IMG/VR virus record: IMGVR_UViG_3300025767_000006
Source: an uncultured virus (IMG/VR IMGVR_UViG_3300025767_000006)
Taxonomy: Duplodnaviria > Heunggongvirae > Uroviricota > Caudoviricetes
DNA length: 64,000 bases
Direction: 5' to 3' (one strand)
Below are positions 36,949 through 44,542 of the stretch, in pieces (position 1 is the first letter of the stretch; each line of letters opens with the position of its first letter). The position numbers and the translations under genes were made by a program. The notes beneath the pieces are model-generated. The model had not been told where the DNA came from. It searched no databases and saw only the letters and a program-made list of their open reading frames with translations.

Positions 36949-37987
36949 CACACACTGTGATGTCAGGAATTCTTCTGATATTTTTTTAGAAAATCAGACT
37001 AGATTTTATACCGATACTTTTTTTCCATATTGTATTGAAAACAAAATCACGCATGTACTACATTTAGGTGATTATTACGATAACCGTAAACAAATTAATG
37101 TTAAAGCGGTTAATCATAATCGTAAAGTATTCTTAGATCCATTACGCGATAATGGTATGACTATGGATATTATTCCTGGTAATCATGATACGTATTATAA
37201 AAATACTAATGAGCTAAACTCGCTAAAAGAGTTTCTTGGGCATTATATGAATAACGTTCATATTATTATGGAGCCAACTGTTATGGACTATGATGGTCTT
37301 AAGTTGGGATTAATTCCATGGATTACTAGTGAAAACTATAAAGCTACAGTTGATTGGATTCAATCATGTGATGCTCAAATTATTGGTGCTCATCTAGAAT
37401 TAAATGGATTTGAAATGATGAGAGGTGTTACTAATAATGGTGGAATGGATCCAACCATTTTCAAAAAATTTGAATTAGTTATGTCTGGGCATTTCCATAC
37501 TAAATCGGAACAAGGCAATGTTAAATACCTTGGTAGTCAAATGGAATTGACTTGGTCTGATTGTGGAGATCCTAAGTATTTTCACGTATTAGATACAAAA
37601 ACTCGTGAACTTACACCCGTGAGAAATCCGCACACTTTGTACGAAAAAATTGTGTACAATGACAAAGAAATAGATTATAATAACTATAAGATAAAAGATC
37701 TTACCAACAAATTTGTAAAAGTTATTGTAGTAAATAAGTCTGAATCATTTACTTTTGACCGATTTATTGATAAGATTTCGAATCAAGATATCTATGAACT
37801 TAAAATTGCTGAGAATTTTCAGGAGTTTATTGGTGAAAATGTATCAGATGATGGTATATCTGTTGAAGATACTTCACAACTCTTAAGTGCATATATTGAT
37901 AATGTTGATACGGATCTAAATAAAGATCGTATTAAAAATGAAATGACAGATCTTATGACCGAGGCGCAATCCCTCGAAGTAGTGTGA
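36926..37987 (+). CDS. gp47: Recombination endonuclease subunit gp47 (Mre11-like)
   Basis: DTH, LGDYYD, GNHD, SGHFH. Confidence 0.94.
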   Translation: MKVAILNDTHCDVRNSSDIFLENQTRFYTDTFFPYCIENKITHVLHLGDYYDNRKQINVKAVNHNRKVFLDPLRDNGMTMDIIPGNHDTYYKNTNELNSLKEFLGHYMNNVHIIMEPTVMDYDGLKLGLIPWITSENYKATVDWIQSCDAQIIGAHLELNGFEMMRGVTNNGGMDPTIFKKFELVMSGHFHTKSEQGNVKYLGSQMELTWSDCGDPKYFHVLDTKTRELTPVRNPHTLYEKIVYNDKEIDYNNYKIKDLTNKFVKVIVVNKSESFTFDRFIDKISNQDIYELKIAENFQEFIGENVSDDGISVEDTSQLLSAYIDNVDTDLNKDRIKNEMTDLMTEAQSLEVV

Positions 37988-37992
37988 GTTGA

Positions 37993-39711
37993 ATGCTATT
38001 ATTTAAATCTATAAAATATAAAAACTTTTTATCTACTGGTAATAAGTTTACTGAAATCCATTTGAATAAAAGCCAATCAACATTGATTATTGGCCATAAT
38101 GGTTCTGGCAAATCAACAATGCTAGATGCTATTTCATTTGCGTTATTTGGTAAACCACACCGTAATATTAATAAACCACAATTGGTTAACTCAATCAATA
38201 AGAAAGATTGTGTTGTAGAAGTAGAATTTGCTGTTGGCAATGTAGAATATAAAATTGTGCGTGGTATTAAACCAGGAATTTTTGAGATTTGGCAGAATGG
38301 ATCAATGATTGATCAAGCATCTCATTCTAAAGAATATCAAAAAATCATAGAACAAAATATTCTTAAGTTAACGCATAAAACGTTCCATCAGGTAGTTGTA
38401 TTGGGTTCTTCCTCATTCATTCCCTTTATGCAACTACCTGGTGGCCATAGACGTGAAGTAATTGAAGACTTGTTGGATATTAACGTATTCTCTAAAATGA
38501 ATCAATTACTGCGTGAAAAGAATGGCATCTTAAAAGATAAAACAAACGAAATTTCTTATCAATTAGATCTCATTGTTAATAAAGTTGATACACAAAAGAA
38601 GTATATCAAAGATGTTAAAGCGCTTAATAAAGAATACGCGGATAAGATTAAAGAGGAAATTATTGAACTTGAGGAAGAACAGACAAGACTCACGAACGAA
38701 AACTCTGAGCTCGGGACGTTCATTGAATCCAATACGCAAAAGGTTTCAGAGACTTTAGCTAAATTAAATTCAAAACAGTCTTCATTAAAGGAGCATGAAC
38801 ATGAGCTCAAATCAGAAATTAAAAAGCTCGTCAAAGAAACGAAGTTCTTCGAAGATAACACCACGTGCCCAACTTGTTCCCAAGATATTGGTAGCGAATT
38901 ACGCTCGTCAAAAATCGCCGATGCAACTTCTTCTGCAAAAACCATTAGTTCAAAACTTAACACTATCTCTCAAGAATCAGGTCAAACTGAATCAGATCTT
39001 AACGTCGCGAATAAGGTACACCAGGCTATCGCGAACAAACAGCATTTATTACTCACTAACAATAAGAGACTTGGGCAGATTTCGTCTGGACTATCAGTTA
39101 AAAGAAGTGATCTTACCAAAATCGAAGGTGGAGGAGGAGATCTGGCAGAAGCAACGGAGACTCTTCAGAACTTATCAGATCAAAAAGATACCTATCAGGA
39201 GCAAAGGTTATTTCTCAGTGAGCAAAGATCGTACAACGAAGTAATTGGTGAAATGCTAAAAGATACTGGTATCAAGACAAAGATTATAAAACAGTATTTA
39301 CCAGTTATAAATAATCTCGTTAATCAATATTTACAAGTGCTTGATTTCTTCGTTCATTTTGATTTGGACGAATCATTTCAAGAAACTATTCGATCACGTC
39401 ATCGTGATGAGTTTACTTATGCTTCCTTCTCTGAAGGTGAGAAACAAAGAATCGATTTGGCTTTACTCTTTACGTGGAGACAAATTGCTAAGATGAAGAA
39501 TTCAATCTCAACAAATCTTTTGATTCTTGATGAGACATTTGATTCTTCACTTGATGTAGATGGAGTAGAAAATCTCCTTAAGATTTTATCTACATTAACA
39601 GAAGATACAAACGTATTTGTGATATCACATAAAGGAGATATCTTAGATGGTAAATTCAAATCTAAGATTGAATTCATAAAAGACAAAAATTTTAGTAAAA
39701 TGAATGCATAA
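37993..39711 (+). CDS. gp46: Recombination ATPase gp46 (Rad50-like)
   Basis: GHNGSGKS, CPTC hook, FSEGEK, LDETFD. Confidence 0.95.
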   Translation: MLLFKSIKYKNFLSTGNKFTEIHLNKSQSTLIIGHNGSGKSTMLDAISFALFGKPHRNINKPQLVNSINKKDCVVEVEFAVGNVEYKIVRGIKPGIFEIWQNGSMIDQASHSKEYQKIIEQNILKLTHKTFHQVVVLGSSSFIPFMQLPGGHRREVIEDLLDINVFSKMNQLLREKNGILKDKTNEISYQLDLIVNKVDTQKKYIKDVKALNKEYADKIKEEIIELEEEQTRLTNENSELGTFIESNTQKVSETLAKLNSKQSSLKEHEHELKSEIKKLVKETKFFEDNTTCPTCSQDIGSELRSSKIADATSSAKTISSKLNTISQESGQTESDLNVANKVHQAIANKQHLLLTNNKRLGQISSGLSVKRSDLTKIEGGGGDLAEATETLQNLSDQKDTYQEQRLFLSEQRSYNEVIGEMLKDTGIKTKIIKQYLPVINNLVNQYLQVLDFFVHFDLDESFQETIRSRHRDEFTYASFSEGEKQRIDLALLFTWRQIAKMKNSISTNLLILDETFDSSLDVDGVENLLKILSTLTEDTNVFVISHKGDILDGKFKSKIEFIKDKNFSKMNA

Positions 39712-39716
39712 AACTG

Positions 39717-39745
39717 TTTACAAACCTATGAAAATTGTGTATAAT
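39717..39745 (+). promoter_or_regulatory. Early/middle promoter for gp45
   Basis: (G)TTTACA-17 nt-TATAAT. Confidence 0.75.
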
Positions 39746-39773
39746 ATAAGTATATTGAAACGTGGAGTATATA

Positions 39774-40451
39774 ATGGAACTAAGTGAAAACACCCTATCG
39801 GTATTAAAAAACTTTTCTGGTATTAACCAGAATATTTTGATTCGTGAAGGCACTACAATCAAAACTATCTCTGAAGCTCGTAATGTTTTAGCTTCAGCCG
39901 AAGTTACCGAAAGCTTTTCAAAAGATTTTGGTATCTATGATCTAAATGAATTTATCAGCGTGCTTGGGCTTGTTGATGCACCTAATCTGCAGTTTGATGA
40001 AGGACATGTTCGCATTTCTGATTCTTCTGGTAGATCTCGAGTCAAATACTTTTTCTCAGCTGAAGAAACTTTGACTACTCCGCAAAAAGATATTAAGATG
40101 CCTGAAGCGGAAGTTTCATTTACTTTAGATAATGACACATTAAATAAAGTAAAACGTGCGGCATCTGCTCTAGGTCATGGAGAAGTATCAATCACACCAA
40201 GTGATGGTGTAATTAATCTCTCTGTGGTTGACTCGAAAAATACTACGTCTAATGTATTTTCAATTGATATTGATGGCAACTATACAGAAGGCGCAGCATT
40301 TAATTTTATTCTTAGCATTAGCAATCTTAAAATTCTTCCCGGAGATTATGACGTTAAGATTTCTTCTAAGCTCATCTCAGAGTTTAGTAATAAATCAACT
40401 CCAGTAAAATACTGGATCGCACTTGAAAAAACCTCAACATTTGGAGTATAA
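39774..40451 (+). CDS. gp45: Sliding clamp gp45
   Basis: LKNFS.IN, FGIYDLNEF, YWIALE. Confidence 0.94.
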   Translation: MELSENTLSVLKNFSGINQNILIREGTTIKTISEARNVLASAEVTESFSKDFGIYDLNEFISVLGLVDAPNLQFDEGHVRISDSSGRSRVKYFFSAEETLTTPQKDIKMPEAEVSFTLDNDTLNKVKRAASALGHGEVSITPSDGVINLSVVDSKNTTSNVFSIDIDGNYTEGAAFNFILSISNLKILPGDYDVKISSKLISEFSNKSTPVKYWIALEKTSTFGV

Positions 40452-40452
40452 T

Positions 40453-40665
40453 ATGTCTGAAACTGTTCAACAACTTAGTGATGTTGCTAATAAATCAGCG
40501 CGGTCAACCGTAGCTGTTATTGATGCAATGACACAACGTGGTGCCTTTAAAGGTGAAGAACTGTCTACCATTGGTGGACTACGTGATCAGTGTATTCAAG
40601 TCATTCAGCTTGTAGAAAATCTTGAACAAGAACAAGCCATGGCTGATGCTGAAACTGATGAATAA
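40453..40665 (+). CDS. Hypothetical protein
   Basis: GGAG RBS; IDA..QRGAFKGEEL..IG.LR. Confidence 0.7.
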   Translation: MSETVQQLSDVANKSARSTVAVIDAMTQRGAFKGEELSTIGGLRDQCIQVIQLVENLEQEQAMADAETDE

Positions 40666-40738
40666 CCACTCCCATGGTGGTGATAGTGTCGCGACTTAAT
40701 ACGCGCGCGAGGGGCCACGGTTAGCCCCTCAACTTTTC
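40664..40738 (+). other. GC-rich multi-hairpin element upstream of gp44 (terminator and/or structured RNA)
   Basis: accac/gtggt, cgcg/cgcg and gaggggc/gcccctc stems in an AT-rich genome. Confidence 0.5.
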
Positions 40739-40759
40739 TTTATATTATGGAGTACGTGA

Positions 40760-41689
40760 ATGTCTAATGATTTCTTATGGGTAGAAAAGTATCGCCCAAA
40801 AACTATTTCTGATTGTGTACTTACCGAAGATTTAAAAAACACTTTTACTAAAATTGTTGAATCTGGCGAACTGCCCAATATGCTGTTTACTGGTACAGCA
40901 GGTCTTGGTAAGACCACGGTGGCCAAAGCTCTTTGTAATGAACTTGGCCTCGACTGGATCTTAATTAATGGATCTGAGGAAGGTAATATTGAAACCCTCC
41001 GTGGCAAGATCAAGCAGTTCGCGTCATCTGTCTCACTACAAGGTGGTTATAAGGTTGTGATCCTTGATGAGGCAGATTACTTGAACCCGCAGTCAACACA
41101 ACCGGCTCTTCGTGGTTTTATTGAAGAGTTTGCCAATAACTGCAGGTTTATCCTTACGTGTAACTTCAAAAATAGAATTATTGAGCCATTGCACTCTCGT
41201 TGTGGTGTATATGAATTTAATATTTCTAAAAAAGCATTACCAAATATTGCTATGGAGTTTATGAAACGCGTAGAAGGTATCCTCAAAACCGAGGGTGTTG
41301 AATACGAACAAAAAGCTGTTGCAGAAATTATTATGAAGTTTGCACCAGATTTACGTCGTATTCTAAATGAGTTACAACGCCAGTCTTTAACTGGTATTAC
41401 TCATTCTGTTGCTCGTGCAGATAATTACGATGAGTTGTTTAAGCAACTAAAAGATAAAAACTTTAAAGGAATGCGTACGTGGGTAGCAAATAATATTGAT
41501 ACTGATGCGTCTGCTATCTTTAGAGCAATTTATGATCGTATGAATTCTAATATTCAACCACACTCAATTCCGCAATTAGTTCTTATTCTAGCAGATTATC
41601 AATATAAACAAGCTTTTGTTGCTGATCATGAACTAAACGTAGTTGCGTGTATGACGGAGATTATGGCCAATGTCGAAATCTCCGTTTGA
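40760..41689 (+). CDS. gp44: Clamp loader ATPase gp44
   Basis: LWVEKYRP, GLGKTT, ILDEAD, SRC. Confidence 0.95.
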   Translation: MSNDFLWVEKYRPKTISDCVLTEDLKNTFTKIVESGELPNMLFTGTAGLGKTTVAKALCNELGLDWILINGSEEGNIETLRGKIKQFASSVSLQGGYKVVILDEADYLNPQSTQPALRGFIEEFANNCRFILTCNFKNRIIEPLHSRCGVYEFNISKKALPNIAMEFMKRVEGILKTEGVEYEQKAVAEIIMKFAPDLRRILNELQRQSLTGITHSVARADNYDELFKQLKDKNFKGMRTWVANNIDTDASAIFRAIYDRMNSNIQPHSIPQLVLILADYQYKQAFVADHELNVVACMTEIMANVEISV

Positions 41690-42053
41690 TTACCTTAATG
41701 CTATCAACTATACTAAAGAACAGCTAATAGTTGATGACATCAGCGAAAAAGAATATAATGGGTTTATGGTTAACCGTGGGTTATCTTATTTCCATGACAC
41801 TGTCTTGTTTGCTAACGAGATGAATCGCTACCACCAAATCGATAATCTTCTTAAAAACGACTTTCTTATAAATATGATTAGGAAGAAAAAAAGATTTTCT
41901 AAATGGGTGAAAGCCCATAATATCGATGACGTGGAAGTAATTAAACAGTATTATGGTTATAGCAACGAAAAAGCCCGCCAAGTACTATCTCTTCTATCGC
42001 CAGACCAAATAACAAACTTAAAAACAAAGGTTTATAAAGGTGGAAGAAAATAA
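41670..42053 (+). CDS. gp62: Clamp loader small subunit gp62
   Basis: PFDY.NAIN, NRGLS, YYGYS.EKA. Confidence 0.9.
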   Translation: MSKSPFDYLNAINYTKEQLIVDDISEKEYNGFMVNRGLSYFHDTVLFANEMNRYHQIDNLLKNDFLINMIRKKKRFSKWVKAHNIDDVEVIKQYYGYSNEKARQVLSLLSPDQITNLKTKVYKGGRK

Positions 42054-42450
42054 TTTAATTGATTGGAACCCTGGCCATATGCTAGAGGTTACCCTCAACG
42101 AGCCCGATGATTTCTTAAAAGTGCGTGAAACACTTACTCGAATCGGTGTGGCTTCTAGAAAAGAAAATAAACTATTTCAATCTTGTCATATTCTACATAA
42201 GCAAGGTAGATATTTTATCGTTCATTTTAAGGAGTTATTTCTCCTTGATGGTAAAAAATCCAACTTAGAAGAAAATGATATTGCTAGACGTAATACGATC
42301 GCAACTCTTATGAGTGATTGGGGTCTTATTACAATTGACGATAAGGCACAAGCTCAACCAGTTGCCCCTCTTCGTCAGATTAAAATTATCCCGTTTAAGG
42401 ATAAAAACAACTGGGAATTATGTCCAAAATATAATATAGGTAATAAGTAA
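42040..42450 (+). CDS. regA: Translational repressor RegA
   Basis: DDFLKVRETLTRIG, QSCHILHKQGRY.IVHFKELF. Confidence 0.96.
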   Translation: MEENNLIDWNPGHMLEVTLNEPDDFLKVRETLTRIGVASRKENKLFQSCHILHKQGRYFIVHFKELFLLDGKKSNLEENDIARRNTIATLMSDWGLITIDDKAQAQPVAPLRQIKIIPFKDKNNWELCPKYNIGNK

Positions 42451-42451
42451 A

Positions 42452-42985
42452 ATGATTGAAGGCTTTAAAGCACCCTGCGTGGTGTTTAAAACTCGTGTTC
42501 GTGATGAAAGTATAGAAGGACCTAACCCATATCGCTGGGAAGATGTAACAAGCGATTCTCTCTTAAAAGGAAAAAGAGTAGCAATCTTTAGTTTACCTGG
42601 AGCATTTACACCAACATGTTCTACGTATCAGCTTCCAGGTTTTGAAGAGAACTATGATAAAATTCGTAGTTTAGGTATTGACGAAGTGTATTGCATTTCT
42701 GTCAATGATGCTTTTGTTATGAACGCATGGGCTAAAGCTCAGAATATTCAGAACGTAAAAGTAATTCCTGATGGATCTGGTAACTTTACTCGATTCATGG
42801 GCATGCTTATTGGTAAAAACCATTTAGGATTTGGCAACAGATCATGGCGCTATATGTGTGTATTCAACGATGGTGTTATTGAAAAATGGTGGCAAGAGCC
42901 AGGTATCAATAACGACGGTGAAGATACAGATCCATATGGTGAAACCAAACCAGAAAACTTAGTACAATATTTAGAATCTAATTAA
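42452..42985 (+). CDS. Peroxiredoxin (Prx5 type)
   Basis: LPGAFTPTCS, SVNDAFVMNAW, RSWRY. Confidence 0.92.
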   Translation: MIEGFKAPCVVFKTRVRDESIEGPNPYRWEDVTSDSLLKGKRVAIFSLPGAFTPTCSTYQLPGFEENYDKIRSLGIDEVYCISVNDAFVMNAWAKAQNIQNVKVIPDGSGNFTRFMGMLIGKNHLGFGNRSWRYMCVFNDGVIEKWWQEPGINNDGEDTDPYGETKPENLVQYLESN

Positions 42986-43016
42986 AATCTCATAAGATTC
43001 TCGTATATATAATAAC

Positions 43017-43078
43017 GGATGCGGCGAATAGCGCCGGTCTTAAAACATAACCTTGCTTTAAATAGGAGGTCAATAATG
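43017..43078 (+). promoter_or_regulatory. ROSE-like RNA thermometer in the Hsp20 5' UTR
   Basis: accUUGCU-uuaaau-AGGAGgu hairpin pairs with the SD and has a bulged G; upstream ggcg/cgcc hairpin. Confidence 0.7.
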
Positions 43079-43579
43079 ACTAATACACAAGGTGTACATA
43101 CTCTCTTTCCACGTTCAGCGTTTGTTGGGTTCGATCATTTATTTGATGAGCTTGACCGAGTGGCTAGACATTCAAAAGATAACTATCCTCCACATAATAT
43201 CGTAAAAGAAGACGATACTAGATATACAATTGAATTAGCTGTTGCAGGTTTCCACCTCAATGAGTTAGAAATTGACGTGAAAGATAGAACATTGAAGGTA
43301 AGAGGTAACCATGAAAATCGTGGTAGGGAATACATTCACAAAAGTATTTCTACTAAGAAGTTCGAAAAAACCTTTCGGATGTCTGAATATGTTCAAGTAA
43401 ATGGAGCAGATCTAGTAGACGGTATTCTTGCTATTTATTTAGAAGTAGTCGTCCCAGAAGAAATGCGTCCTCGTAAAATCGAAATCAATTCAACCTTACG
43501 AGGAAACTCAAATGAAAACACAAGTAGCGTTCCGGAGACCCACTTTCTCACTGAAGAAAATGGTAATGCCGGTAATTAA
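43076..43579 (+). CDS. Small heat-shock protein Hsp20 (IbpA-like)
   Basis: GFD.LF, NYPPHNI, IELAVAGF, A.L.DGIL; ATG 43076 after AGGAGG. Confidence 0.93.
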   Translation: MTNTQGVHTLFPRSAFVGFDHLFDELDRVARHSKDNYPPHNIVKEDDTRYTIELAVAGFHLNELEIDVKDRTLKVRGNHENRGREYIHKSISTKKFEKTFRMSEYVQVNGADLVDGILAIYLEVVVPEEMRPRKIEINSTLRGNSNENTSSVPETHFLTEENGNAGN

Positions 43580-43733
43580 TTTCTTTGGTGGCTTTTTAAA
43601 TAGCCTCATGGAAGCACGGCGCATGCAAGCGGCGTGGGAAACTGCGACATATTTAAAAGATCATACTAATGATTTTAAAAATGTATCGCATCACGATATT
43701 GTCCGGCGTATTATAGACAATAAAAAGGACTAA
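43512..43733 (+). CDS. Hypothetical protein
   Basis: GAGG RBS before ATG 43512; overlaps Hsp20 3' end. Confidence 0.55.
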   Translation: MKTQVAFRRPTFSLKKMVMPVINFFGGFLNSLMEARRMQAAWETATYLKDHTNDFKNVSHHDIVRRIIDNKKD

Positions 43734-43737
43734 AGCT

Positions 43738-43785
43738 ATGTGGCCATACACAGACGAAGAATATGACGAGTGGTTTGGCGCTTAG
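43738..43785 (+). CDS. 15-aa micro-ORF MWPYTDEEYDEWFGA
   Basis: AAGGA RBS; fills the gap before the terminator. Confidence 0.5.
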   Translation: MWPYTDEEYDEWFGA

Positions 43786-43799
43786 CAAGTGAATAAATA

Positions 43800-43830
43800 A
43801 AGGGGAGTCTTTGGGCTCCCTTTCATTTTC
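43800..43830 (+). terminator. Rho-independent terminator
   Basis: ggggagtc-tttg-ggctccct plus T-rich tail. Confidence 0.7.
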
Positions 43831-43844
43831 TAATAGGAGATAAC

Positions 43845-44309
43845 ATGAAACTATCTAAAAATTTCTCAATGGCCGAATTTACAAAGTCTCAAACCGCTGA
43901 GCGTAAAGGCATTGATAATACCCCTCAAGGAGAACACCTTGATGCTGCTGTAGCACTTTTTGAAAATGTTGTACAGAAAGTGCGTGATCATTTTGGTCCT
44001 ACAGTTCTGAATAGTGGATATCGTTGTCCTGAATTGAATGAAGCTGTGGGTGGATCCGCTACTAGCCAACACTGTAAAGGCCAAGCCGCAGACATTGAAG
44101 TTCCAGGAGTAGCTAACGCAGACTTAGCAAACTGGATTGTAGATAATTTAGACTTTGATCAAGTTATTCTAGAATTCTATACACCAGGAATTCCTGATTC
44201 CGGTTGGGTACACGTTTCATACAGAGCAGATGGCGAAAATCGTAAGTCTATTTTAACAGCCTCGCGTGTAAATGGTAAAACTGTCTATGCGGAAGGTATT
44301 AATGAATGA
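43845..44309 (+). CDS. Peptidase M15 family protein (probable endolysin)
   Basis: LSKNFS..EF, SGYRC, SQHCKGQAAD, WVHVS. Confidence 0.88.
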   Translation: MKLSKNFSMAEFTKSQTAERKGIDNTPQGEHLDAAVALFENVVQKVRDHFGPTVLNSGYRCPELNEAVGGSATSQHCKGQAADIEVPGVANADLANWIVDNLDFDQVILEFYTPGIPDSGWVHVSYRADGENRKSILTASRVNGKTVYAEGINE

Positions 44310-44485
44310 CACCAACCAATGGTAAGGGATCTAAGCTAAGACCAATAGTAGATACCGACGCATACTCAAAAAATTGGGAAAGAATTTTTGGTGTAGATGG
44401 TGATTTAGTTCACGACAAATGTGGTACACCAGAATGTTGCCAACAATGTGATACTGCAATAAAAGACATTGATGTGAAAAAATAG
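44306..44485 (+). CDS. 59-aa protein with Cys cluster (not in ORF track)
   Basis: ATGA overlap with endolysin stop; MTPTNGKGSKLRP..NWERIFG..HDKCGTPECCQQC. Confidence 0.6.
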   Translation: MTPTNGKGSKLRPIVDTDAYSKNWERIFGVDGDLVHDKCGTPECCQQCDTAIKDIDVKK

Positions 44486-44486
44486 G

Positions 44487-44515
44487 TTTACATTTGCTGT
44501 AAACTTGTGTATAAT
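44487..44515 (+). promoter_or_regulatory. Early/middle promoter for gp43
   Basis: (G)TTTACA-17 nt-TATAAT. Confidence 0.75.
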
Positions 44516-44542
44516 ATACTTATTGATTGTGATGGAGAAAGT

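Noticed and set aside
43019..43075. N-terminal extension of Hsp20 from ATG 43019
   Set aside because: Strong SD precedes ATG 43076 and the region folds as a regulatory UTR
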